From IMG/VR virus record IMGVR_UViG_3300010376_000116, positions 1 to 26,494 of that record: a stretch of DNA of 26,494 nucleotides; one strand, written 5' to 3'. Position 1 is the first letter of the stretch; every line of letters starts with the position of its first letter. This document shows positions 1-7,650 of the stretch, piece after piece. The notes beneath the pieces were generated by a model that saw only the letters and a program-made list of their open reading frames with translations, made no database searches and was not told the origin of the DNA. The position numbers and the translations under genes are program-made. The stretch is from a virus (Duplodnaviria; Caudoviricetes).

Positions 1-96
1 CCGCCCGCTGCGCCGCCGCCGGAGCCCAAACTCGCCGGCCAGCTCGCACGGCCCGCGCTCGCACCAAGGCGGGTTAGGCGGGTGTGGCGTGGGTGA
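1..96 (+). CDS. 3' end of an upstream gene, possibly terminase large subunit (partial)
   Basis: Frame 1 is open from the window edge: PPAAPPPEPKLAGQLARPALAPRRVRRVWRG*. A Pro-rich then Arg-rich tail and the position upstream of gpW/portal fit lambda gpA-type terminase C-termini. Identity is inferred from position only. Confidence 0.35.
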   Translation, partial: PPAAPPPEPKLAGQLARPALAPRRVRRVWRG

Positions 97-110
97 GGTA
101 TCATAGGCAA

Positions 111-212
111 ATGGCGATCATCAAATTGCTCGACGGCAAACTGACCCTGCTTGTCTGGGCCGTTGGGATCAACGTCGCCGCGACGATCACGATGCTCGTC
201 CGACACTGGTAA
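111..212 (+). CDS. small hydrophobic peptide (33 aa), possible single-TM protein or gene remnant
   Basis: ATG 111 to TAA 212 translates as MAIIKLLDGKLTLLVWAVGINVAATITMLVRHW. It fills the gap between neighbouring ORFs and has one hydrophobic stretch. Confidence 0.35.
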   Translation: MAIIKLLDGKLTLLVWAVGINVAATITMLVRHW

Positions 213-225
213 CGAGAGGTTTCCG

Positions 226-486
226 ATGGCCCGTTCCCGCCGCCGCGGCCCGCTCACCGCCGCCCGCCGTAACCGCCTCGCCGCCAGCCAATTCGTCTTT
301 CCCGGCACGCGGCGATACCCGATCGATACCTTGAATCGGGCGCGGAGCGCTCTCTCCCGTGTCGCGCAGCACGGTAGCGCCTCGGAAAAGGCCCGGGTCA
401 GGGCCGCCGTCAGACGGCGGTGGCCGTCAATCGCCGTGGGCGGTGTGCCGACACGGCGGACAAGATCATCGAAACGGCGACGTTAA
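226..486 (+). CDS. small highly basic phage protein (DUF6582-like)
   Basis: ATG 226 follows GAGAGG. The segment LTAARRNRLAASQFVFPGTRRYPIDTLNRARSALSRVAQHG resembles the 'F.FP..RKYP+.D...AR.AL.R..Q' family in phage head regions. Confidence 0.6.
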   Translation: MARSRRRGPLTAARRNRLAASQFVFPGTRRYPIDTLNRARSALSRVAQHGSASEKARVRAAVRRRWPSIAVGGVPTRRTRSSKRRR

Positions 487-489
487 AAG

Positions 490-993
490 GTGGCCGAAAC
501 TGGCATCACCTTTGACGCCGAGAAGTTCCTTCGCCAGCTCCGCGCGACGCAACGGCCGGCATTGGACAAGCCGGTCGCCGCTGCTCTCCGCGACACCGGC
601 GACAGCGGCAAGGCGAAAGCCGGCAGTCTGATCCAGCGGCGAAATGGATTGCGCGGCGGCATCGAGTTTGTTGTACGCGGCTATCAGCTCATCATCCGCT
701 CGAGCCGCGCGCCCAACCCGTTGATCCAATTCAGCGCCGTCCAGACGCCGACCGGGGTATCGGTCAACGCTTGGGGCCGACGTCAAACCCTGCGTAGCGC
801 TTTTATCGCGCGAGGCCGCGTCTATCGCCGCCGCGGTGCCGCACGGTTGCCGATCCGCATGCTCTGGGGTCCAACCGTTTGGGGCACATTTCGCACGCCT
901 GAAGTGCAGAATGTAGTTGCGGCGCACATGAGGAATGCTTTACGGACGTCGCTGGTCCGCCGCATCGCCGCTGCCCAGCGGCGCGGCGCATAA
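490..993 (+). CDS. lambda gpZ-like minor tail/neck protein
   Basis: Basic 167-aa protein with AFIA...VYRRRGAARLPIRMLWGPTV, matching the 'R.G..RLPI..L.GPS' signature of gpZ-like proteins. Confidence 0.7.
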   Translation: MAETGITFDAEKFLRQLRATQRPALDKPVAAALRDTGDSGKAKAGSLIQRRNGLRGGIEFVVRGYQLIIRSSRAPNPLIQFSAVQTPTGVSVNAWGRRQTLRSAFIARGRVYRRRGAARLPIRMLWGPTVWGTFRTPEVQNVVAAHMRNALRTSLVRRIAAAQRRGA

Positions 994-1026
994 AAAAACG
1001 CGCTTCGAGGGGGAGTTCGAAGCGCG
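992..1026 (-). terminator. intrinsic terminator facing the minus strand
   Basis: Perfect 10-bp stem CGCGCTTCGA (999-1008) / TCGAAGCGCG (1017-1026), preceded by A7 (992-998), which is a U7 tail on the minus strand. Confidence 0.6.
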
Positions 1027-1092
1027 CAGCACATGCCCACCTAATCCTGAGCTATATCTTGACGCGTTTTCGCGTCGGACGCAAGGGATTGT

Positions 1093-1389
1093 TTGGTGGC
1101 GTATTCGCCAGGGGCTTGGGCTAGAGGGACCAGCATCGATATCGCCTTCGTCGATTGCTCCGACGAAGCCAATGCCCGTCGCGAGCAGTTGCTCGACCGG
1201 TTGGAAAGCCAACTCTACGCGGGCGTGACAAGTGTCGCCGATCGCGGACGTTCGGTCTCCTACGCCGACGCCACCAAACTGATCCCGCTCATCACCAAGC
1301 TACAGCGCGAACAGGCCTATTGCCTGACCGGCATTATGCCGAGCCGCGGGCGGCGGTACTTCTATGTGCCGCTGACGAAGTGCCTCTGA
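1093..1389 (+). CDS. gpW-like head-tail joining protein (start uncertain)
   Basis: LESQLYAGVTSVADRGRSVSYADATKLIPLITKLQ...RRYFYVPLTKCL fits the 'GV.SV..+GR.V.Y.....L...I..L' gpW pattern. Its stop overlaps the portal ATG (TGATG). Confidence 0.7.
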   Translation: MVAYSPGAWARGTSIDIAFVDCSDEANARREQLLDRLESQLYAGVTSVADRGRSVSYADATKLIPLITKLQREQAYCLTGIMPSRGRRYFYVPLTKCL

Positions 1390-3029
1390 TGCTCAATCGT
1401 CTCGGCCGCTGGATGCAAGGCTTTGGCATTTGGAACCAGCCCTGCCCCACGCCCAATCTCGAAGCCGGCGCAACCGGGCGCCGATTGGGCTTTTTTCAAC
1501 CCGCCGCCGTCCACATCAACGCCGCCATGCAAATGGCCGGACCCACGGTTCTGGCCCGCGCGCGGTGGTTGGCACGAAACAATGCCTACGCAAAAAACGC
1601 CCTTGAAGCCTGGGCCACATCGACCGTTGGAGCCGGGATCAAGCCATCCTCGCTGATCGAGGACGAAGACATCCTCGAGGAGGTGCAGGACGCCTGGAAC
1701 GCCTGGACCGACGAAGCCGATGTCGAGGGCGTGTCGGATTTCTATGCGATTATGCACCGCGTCTCGCGCGAGGTGTTTCTCGCCGGCGAATGCTTTCTGC
1801 GGTTCCGCCCAGCCTTGCCGCAGGACGGGCTCTCGGTGCCGCTGCAGCTCCAGGTCATCCCGAGCGAACAACTCCCTTACGGCGATACGGCGTGGGATAG
1901 CCGCCTCGGCCCGCTATGGAACAGCGCCGGTGTCGGCGCGGGTTGGAACGGCGGCTTTGAGGTGGTGCCAGAAGGTTTTGAAAATGCCGGCGGCGAGATC
2001 CGGCTCGGGATCGAATTTGATCGCGATATCCAAGACCGTCGCGTTGCCTACTGGTTTTTCCGCGGCAATCCGACCGATACGACGCTCCCTTTCCGCGATC
2101 TCCTCTACAACGGCGAGCTCGTGCGGATCCCGGCCAGCGAGATCATGCACGTCTATGACCCGGTCGAGGCCGGGCAGATCCGCGGCACCAGCGGGATGGC
2201 TGCGGCGATCGTCAAACTGTTTCAGCTCGACGCCTTCGATGACAGCGAGCTCGAGCGCCAGAGACAGCAGTCGCGTTACGCCACCTTTATCACGATCCCG
2301 CCCGAGACCGATGACGTCGGCAACATTCTCAACGGGCGCCCCGATGACGGCGACCCGATGAATTGGTCGCCCGGCCAGACCGTCGAGCTGCATGGCGGCG
2401 AGGATGTCAAGTTCGCGCAACCGCCCGCGGTCAGTGGTTCCTACGAGCCGTTTCAGTATCGCGCGCTGCTCGGGATCTGCGCCGCGCTCGGCATCCCCTA
2501 TGCTGAGCTGACCAACGATCTCCAGCGCACGACCTACGCCAGCTCGCGCGCCGGTCTGGTCAGCTTCCGCGCCCGCATCGAGGCATTCCAGCACAATGTG
2601 CTGAGCTTCCAGATGCTGCGTCCAGTCTGGCAACGCTGGCTGGATTACGCGGTGCTCGGCGGCGTGGTGCCGATCTCTGCCGCAGAGTATCGCCGCGATC
2701 TCGCCTACTGGCGCGGGATGAAGGCGATCACGCCCAAAGTCCAATGGGTCGATCCGCTCAAAGACATTCAGGCGACGATCCTCCAGCTCAAGGCCTGTCT
2801 GATCTCGCCGCAGGATGCCATCGAAGCGCTCGGCTACGACCTCAAAGAAACCTATGAGCGTATCGCCGAGGCAAAGGATCTCGAAAGCGAACTCGGTATC
2901 ACGCCCGATTATGGCACCCCCAGCGGAGCAGCCGGCGGTGGCGCCGGGCCGGGCCGGGCGGTCGGCACCGCGACCGGCACGCCAGGAACCATCCCCTCTG
3001 AAGTCGAGACGGACGAGAGGGCCGCATGA
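1389..3029 (+). CDS. phage portal protein, lambda family
   Basis: Motifs RARWLARNNAYA..A......VGAGIKP, PLQLQVI, IRLGIEFD, GQIRG, LGIPYAELTNDL...YASSRAGL and WVDPLKD. Likely start is ATG 1389, coupled to the gpW stop. Confidence 0.93.
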   Translation: MLNRLGRWMQGFGIWNQPCPTPNLEAGATGRRLGFFQPAAVHINAAMQMAGPTVLARARWLARNNAYAKNALEAWATSTVGAGIKPSSLIEDEDILEEVQDAWNAWTDEADVEGVSDFYAIMHRVSREVFLAGECFLRFRPALPQDGLSVPLQLQVIPSEQLPYGDTAWDSRLGPLWNSAGVGAGWNGGFEVVPEGFENAGGEIRLGIEFDRDIQDRRVAYWFFRGNPTDTTLPFRDLLYNGELVRIPASEIMHVYDPVEAGQIRGTSGMAAAIVKLFQLDAFDDSELERQRQQSRYATFITIPPETDDVGNILNGRPDDGDPMNWSPGQTVELHGGEDVKFAQPPAVSGSYEPFQYRALLGICAALGIPYAELTNDLQRTTYASSRAGLVSFRARIEAFQHNVLSFQMLRPVWQRWLDYAVLGGVVPISAAEYRRDLAYWRGMKAITPKVQWVDPLKDIQATILQLKACLISPQDAIEALGYDLKETYERIAEAKDLESELGITPDYGTPSGAAGGGAGPGRAVGTATGTPGTIPSEVETDERAA

Positions 3030-4198
3030 TCCCCGAATTAGCGCACGTCTGGAGCCGCCCGCTGCTGCTCGACGAAGACCACCTCGAGACGTTTCTAGCA
3101 AATCTGCGTACTGCGCTCGAAGAACGACCCACAGCAGAGCAGAAACAGCACGGCTACACGATCGATCATGGAGTCGCCACCGTACCGATCCGGGGCACTC
3201 TGATCAGCCGCAACCACAGCGCTGGATTGATCGGCGCTTTGCTCGGCATTCAAAGCTACGAACACCTCGGGAAGATCCTGGAGAACGCCCATCGTGATCA
3301 ACGGGTGCGCGGTATCCTCTTGGATATCGACTCGCCCGGCGGCATGGCTGACGGTGCCTTTGACCTCGCCGACAAGGTGCATGCGCTAGCGAAGCCGGTC
3401 TGGGCCATTGCCCAGCATTCGAGCCTGTCGGCCGCTTACACGCTCGCCGCTGCCGCAGATCGGGTCTGGGCGACCCAGACCGCGCAACTCGGCTCGCTCG
3501 GCGTCGTTGCCGTCCATGCCGACCGCTCCGAAGCCGATGCGCAAGAAGGTGTGAAGTACACGTTCATTACCCGTGGCGCTCGCAAGTTGGATGCCAATCC
3601 GCATACGCCGCTCGGACCCGAAGCGCATATCCGTCTGCAGCGCGAGGTCGATCGCATTCACGAAAAGCTGATCAGTCAAACCGCGCGGCACCGCAACCTC
3701 GATCCGGCCATGCTGCAGAGCACCGAAGCTGCGATCTATTCCGGCGAAGACGCCATCAGCCGTGGTCTTGCCGATCGGATCGGCACCTTTGACGAAGCGC
3801 ACGCCGCTCTGATCCAGCACGTCACGCCTAAAGGAGGGAGAATTATGGACGACACAACCGCTCTGCCGCCGCCATCGGCCGCCGAGGCGCCGCCTGACAA
3901 CGTCGTGCAGCTCAATGCGATCAGCGAAGCGGTTGCCGCTGAACGGGCACGCGCTGTCGAGGTCGATCAGCTGTGCGCGCTCGCGGGATTTCCTGAACTT
4001 GCCGCTGAACAGAACCGGCTCGGGACGCATCCCGATGCGCTGCGCCAGCTGCTGCAGATCAAGAAAGTGGCCGAGGCTGCCGCGACGCCGCTGGTTGCCA
4101 TCGACACCAGCCAGACCGCCCAGCGCAAGCCTAGCATCAGTAGCAAGATCGCCGAGGCTGCCGAAGCACGTTTTAGGGCGCAGTCGCAGGGACGCTGA
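3026..4198 (+). CDS. S49-family head maturation protease (lambda gpC-like) with C-terminal scaffold region
   Basis: Motifs ILLDIDSPGG, SAAYTLAAAAD, GSLGVV, GARKLDANPH and GLADRIGT; ATGA overlap with the portal gene. Confidence 0.92.
   Translation: MIPELAHVWSRPLLLDEDHLETFLANLRTALEERPTAEQKQHGYTIDHGVATVPIRGTLISRNHSAGLIGALLGIQSYEHLGKILENAHRDQRVRGILLDIDSPGGMADGAFDLADKVHALAKPVWAIAQHSSLSAAYTLAAAADRVWATQTAQLGSLGVVAVHADRSEADAQEGVKYTFITRGARKLDANPHTPLGPEAHIRLQREVDRIHEKLISQTARHRNLDPAMLQSTEAAIYSGEDAISRGLADRIGTFDEAHAALIQHVTPKGGRIMDDTTALPPPSAAEAPPDNVVQLNAISEAVAAERARAVEVDQLCALAGFPELAAEQNRLGTHPDALRQLLQIKKVAEAAATPLVAIDTSQTAQRKPSISSKIAEAAEARFRAQSQGR
3845..4198 (+). CDS. probable nested in-frame scaffolding protein (Nu3-like)
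   Basis: In-frame ATG 3845 preceded by a strong SD (AAGGAGGGAG, 3831-3840). The product is Ala/Glu-rich and looks helical. Confidence 0.6.
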   Translation: MDDTTALPPPSAAEAPPDNVVQLNAISEAVAAERARAVEVDQLCALAGFPELAAEQNRLGTHPDALRQLLQIKKVAEAAATPLVAIDTSQTAQRKPSISSKIAEAAEARFRAQSQGR

Positions 4199-4201
4199 CT
4201 G

Positions 4202-4903
4202 ATGCCGCTGATCGGCTTCAGCCTCATGCCGTTCATCGGTGGCGGGCGGGAGGTTTCGCCGGTGCCGAGGATCACTTCGCCCGGCACAGCGAGCGGCATG
4301 ATCGGCGAACCGTTCACTTATCAGATTGTGGCGTCGGTCCCGTCCGGGGGCAGCCCAATCACCGGCTTTGGCGCGACCGGTCTCCCGTCATGGGCCGCGA
4401 TCAACACGACGACGGGAGAGATCACCGGTACACCGGTCGCGCCGCACGGCATCAGCAATATCACGCTCACCGCGACAAATGCCGAGGGCACCGGCTCGAG
4501 GACGCTACGGATGACCATTGCCGCACGACCGCTGATCATCTGGGCGGCGTACTGGGGTCCATCGCCGACTAGCATGCAGCCAGCCCAGCCCGGGCGGCCG
4601 GATAACTTGGCGGCATTTCAAGCATTGCCCAATACCATCGCCCGGCCCGCAGTCGGGGCAGTCATGGTCGCTCCTGCGCCGGTCGGCTCTTGGGGGCCGT
4701 GTTTTGCCTACCCCGCGACATTGCCGCCGGCGACTTCGATCATGGATTCGATTGCCGGAAATGTGACGGCTTCCTTCACCAACATGATTGTTTCAATCGT
4801 GCCGCCGCACCCGGCCGATCCGCCGCAGGATTATCGCGTCTACTTCTTGCCGGCCTTCCTCGCACTTCCGGTCGGCGGGACCACCTCAACTTTGACCATT
4901 TAG
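4202..4903 (+). CDS. putative Ig-domain (He_PIG-like) virion surface protein
   Basis: PRITSPGTASGMIGEPFTYQIVAS...FGATGLPSWAAINTTTGEITGTP...ITLTATNAEGTGSRTLRMTI is a typical putative-Ig repeat, followed by a second beta-rich domain. Confidence 0.8.
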   Translation: MPLIGFSLMPFIGGGREVSPVPRITSPGTASGMIGEPFTYQIVASVPSGGSPITGFGATGLPSWAAINTTTGEITGTPVAPHGISNITLTATNAEGTGSRTLRMTIAARPLIIWAAYWGPSPTSMQPAQPGRPDNLAAFQALPNTIARPAVGAVMVAPAPVGSWGPCFAYPATLPPATSIMDSIAGNVTASFTNMIVSIVPPHPADPPQDYRVYFLPAFLALPVGGTTSTLTI

Positions 4904-4915
4904 AGGGCTTCGCCC

Positions 4916-5926
4916 ATGGCACAGCTTGCGTGGTCGTTTAGCCTTCTCCGGGTTACTCCCGAGCCGCTCGACACGAGCTTTGTTTTTGAGGATATGGCCG
5001 CATTCACGGCATATCTGGCGAGCCCCACCGCCTACGCCGGCCAGATCGTCGCGGTTCGCAACGGCACCAATGAACCCGACGTCTACCTGATTTACGAAGA
5101 TCGTACCTACGGAGGGTTTGCCGCGGGCGGCGGCGGCGGTGCGCAGGGGCCGCAGGGTGTCCAAGGCCCGCAAGGCGCACAGGGCACGCAAGGGCCGATT
5201 GGCGCCAGCCTAACGATGCGCGGCTCGGTTGCGGATTTGACGGCGCTCCATGCACTCCCGGGGCCGCACACCATCGGTGATCTGTGGATCACCACAGTCA
5301 GTCCGGCGCGGCATGGTCATGTGTGGTCGGGGGCGCCTGGTCATACCGGACCCAGTACTGCGGCCGACTGGGATGATGTCGGAGAAGTCCAAGGGCCGGC
5401 CGGTGCTCAGGGGCCGCAGGGTGTTCAAGGGCCGCAAGGCGAAGGAATTCAGGGTGCCCAGGGAGCAGATGGCAACCAAGGGGCCGGCGGTCCTCAAGGC
5501 ACACAAGGACCGATGGGCGTGCAGGGTCCGCCAGGGACCGGGATCATGGGGGCGCAAGGCCCGCAAGGCTTCCAGGGCACCCAAGGCGCTCAGGGGCCGC
5601 AGGGCAGTGGCGTCCAGGGTGCCCAGGGGGCTCAGGGCTCGCAAGGAGCGCAAGGCGTCGGCACACAGGGTGTGCAAGGCTCGCAAGGACCGACCGGCAT
5701 TACCTCGATCGGCGGCGATCTAGCAGGCATGCCCGACGCTGCCATCGTCTGGGCAATCCGCGGACATCAGGTCGCTGACGTTGTGCCGGCCTTCCGACAA
5801 GTCCTGATGTGGGACGGTAGCCGCTGGGTGCCGACCGATCTGCCGACTGCACCCGTGACGCCGGGCGGCGTGGCGTGGGATGGTGGCGCGGTTGTCTGGG
5901 ACGGCGGCGCCACGACGTGGAGCTAA
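4916..5926 (+). CDS. collagen-like fibre protein 1 (336 aa)
   Basis: N-terminal globular domain, two G-X-Q collagen blocks flanking a ~65-aa domain, and a C-terminus with WDG motifs. Confidence 0.85.
   Translation: MAQLAWSFSLLRVTPEPLDTSFVFEDMAAFTAYLASPTAYAGQIVAVRNGTNEPDVYLIYEDRTYGGFAAGGGGGAQGPQGVQGPQGAQGTQGPIGASLTMRGSVADLTALHALPGPHTIGDLWITTVSPARHGHVWSGAPGHTGPSTAADWDDVGEVQGPAGAQGPQGVQGPQGEGIQGAQGADGNQGAGGPQGTQGPMGVQGPPGTGIMGAQGPQGFQGTQGAQGPQGSGVQGAQGAQGSQGAQGVGTQGVQGSQGPTGITSIGGDLAGMPDAAIVWAIRGHQVADVVPAFRQVLMWDGSRWVPTDLPTAPVTPGGVAWDGGAVVWDGGATTWS
5201..5398 (+). repeat. duplicated coding module, copy 1 (copy 2 at ~7975-8172)
   Basis: [61 protein letters not shown] occurs in both long collagen proteins; the DNA differs mostly at third codon positions. 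Confidence 0.9.
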
Positions 5927-5930
5927 TGCG

Positions 5931-6356
5931 ATGGCAGTCTCGACAACCTCGAATATCAACCCGGCCTGGCCCGATCAGACGGCACCGACGATCCTCAGTG
6001 TCCAGACCAATCTTCAGTCGGCTTATAACGAGATCGGCATTCTGAACAACGCCGCCAATGCGCTCAGCGCGGCTGGGCCGCAAGGTGCCCCCGGCATCCA
6101 GGGGCCGCAGGGCTTTCAGGGTCCAGCCGGAGCCCAAGGCAATCAGGGCGCGCAAGGTGCCGCCGGCACCGGGACGCAGGGCGTCCAAGGTCCGCAAGGG
6201 CCGCCTGGTGCCGCCGGTGGCGGCGGGCTCGCGGCACTGCACTACGACGAGGCAAACAATACCACGCCGGCCCAGGTGGTCGGCATGTTGTGGTGGGACG
6301 ACCACGCCTGGGCGCTCAAATTCTGGGACGGCTCGGCCTGGCAACTGGTGATCTGA
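5931..6356 (+). CDS. short collagen-like protein A (141 aa)
   Basis: MAVSTTSNI N-terminus, amphipathic helix, ~15 GXY triplets and a C-terminal GMLWWD...LKFWDGSAW domain. Confidence 0.85.
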   Translation: MAVSTTSNINPAWPDQTAPTILSVQTNLQSAYNEIGILNNAANALSAAGPQGAPGIQGPQGFQGPAGAQGNQGAQGAAGTGTQGVQGPQGPPGAAGGGGLAALHYDEANNTTPAQVVGMLWWDDHAWALKFWDGSAWQLVI

Positions 6357-6778
6357 TGGCCTTATCGACAACCTCGAATATCGATCCTACCCAACCGCAA
6401 GGACCGGACGCCTCGACGGCGGCGCTGCAGGCGCAGTTCGCCACGGCAAAAAGCGAGATCGAGGCGCTCGCCACGGCGGTCAATGCGTCTGGTGCCCAAG
6501 GCGCACAGGGTGCTGCCGGTGCCCAGGGCGCGCAGGGTTTTCAGGGAGCGGCTGGAGCTCAAGGAGCGCAGGGTGCTGCTGGTGCCAATGGTGTCGCTAC
6601 GCAGGGGCCGCAGGGGCCACAAGGCACCGCTGGCGCGGGTGGCGGCGCGGTCGTCGTCCATATGGGTGCCAATCCGCCGCCATCGCCGGTTATCGGTCAA
6701 CTATGGATGCAGGATGGCAGCGGCGGCATCTGGCGATTGAATTTCTATGCTGATTGGGGCTGGGAGGGCGTCCTCTGA
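6356..6778 (+). CDS. short collagen-like protein B (140 aa)
   Basis: [10 protein letters not shown]-terminus, helix, GXY block and C-terminal GQLWM...W domain; TGATG coupling to A. Confidence 0.85.
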   Translation: MALSTTSNIDPTQPQGPDASTAALQAQFATAKSEIEALATAVNASGAQGAQGAAGAQGAQGFQGAAGAQGAQGAAGANGVATQGPQGPQGTAGAGGGAVVVHMGANPPPSPVIGQLWMQDGSGGIWRLNFYADWGWEGVL

Positions 6779-7200
6779 TGGCTCTGTCGACTACCTCCAA
6801 TGTTCTCCTCGGTGTGCCATCGAGCCCAAACGCGACGTTCCTCAGCGTGCAGCAGAATTTTGGGCATATGCGCACCGAACTACAGAACATCGCAGCAGCA
6901 ATCAATGCGGCCGGCACCCAAGGTCCGCAAGGTGCGACTGGAGCGCGCGGCCCGCAAGGCGCACAGGGTGTCCAAGGGGTTCAGGGTGCCCAGGGAACCA
7001 CAGGCACCTCGTCAACCGGCACGCAAGGACCAATGGGACCGCAAGGTTCCGGTGGCAGCGGTGCCGGCGGGACGCAACCCGCTATCGCACATTTTCAGGC
7101 CTCGCAGCCGACCGGCTCCGTGGCTGGTGAACTGTGGATCAACGCCAGCCGGCGTTTGCATGTCTTTACCGGTATCTCTTGGACACCCGTCGTTTTTTAA
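6778..7200 (+). CDS. short collagen-like protein C (140 aa)
   Basis: [10 protein letters not shown]-terminus, helix, GXY block and C-terminal GELWIN...LHVFTGISW domain; TGATG coupling to B. Confidence 0.85.
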   Translation: MALSTTSNVLLGVPSSPNATFLSVQQNFGHMRTELQNIAAAINAAGTQGPQGATGARGPQGAQGVQGVQGAQGTTGTSSTGTQGPMGPQGSGGSGAGGTQPAIAHFQASQPTGSVAGELWINASRRLHVFTGISWTPVVF

Positions 7201-7212
7201 GGTCAAAAACCC

Positions 7213-7647
7213 ATGGCCTTTATTCTTCGACCAAACACGCCGACCACCGGAAACACACCGAGCTTGGCCGAAGGCGATATCTGGATCAGGCCGGCCGGCA
7301 CCCGCGCCCAGTATCTCGGTGGCGTCTGGGTGGAGATGGCGGTCGATCCCGGGTTTGTGGCACCCGGCGGTGACACCACCCATCACCTCGCCAAAAGCGG
7401 TACTGGTTTCGGAGCGACGGGGTGGGTCAGCCCGGCTGAAGGGATGGTCTACACCCACACACAGGGTTCGCCATCATTGAACTGGCAGATCGAGCATCGG
7501 CTGGTGTCGCAGTTTGTGCATGTCCTGGCGGTCGATCCCTCGCGCGGCGGCACGGTGATGATCCCCGATATTGTCTACGCCGATCCGATGAATTGCGAAC
7601 TGCGATTTGCCAGGCCGGTGAGCGGCGTGGCTTTGGTGAGGCGTTAA
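7213..7647 (+). CDS. fibre-associated small beta-domain protein
   Basis: YTHTQGSPSLNWQIEHRL...V..VD......DIVYADPMNCELRFARPVSGVA resembles the 'HTQ..AS..W.I.HNL' domain found with phage fibres. The N-terminal EGDIWI resembles the G.LW motif of neighbours. Confidence 0.65.
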   Translation: MAFILRPNTPTTGNTPSLAEGDIWIRPAGTRAQYLGGVWVEMAVDPGFVAPGGDTTHHLAKSGTGFGATGWVSPAEGMVYTHTQGSPSLNWQIEHRLVSQFVHVLAVDPSRGGTVMIPDIVYADPMNCELRFARPVSGVALVRR

Positions 7648-7650
7648 ACG

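Noticed and set aside
1155-1388. Extended ORF-track starts (portal 1155; also 151, 5880, 6290, 6754, 12627, 17431)
   Set aside because: Downstream ATGs with stop/start coupling, an SD or paralogous N-termini fit better and avoid long overlaps.
1914-3101. 395-aa antisense ORF over the portal (similarly 24874-25851, 20342-21337)
   Set aside because: They overlap well-supported + strand genes, as expected in high-GC DNA.
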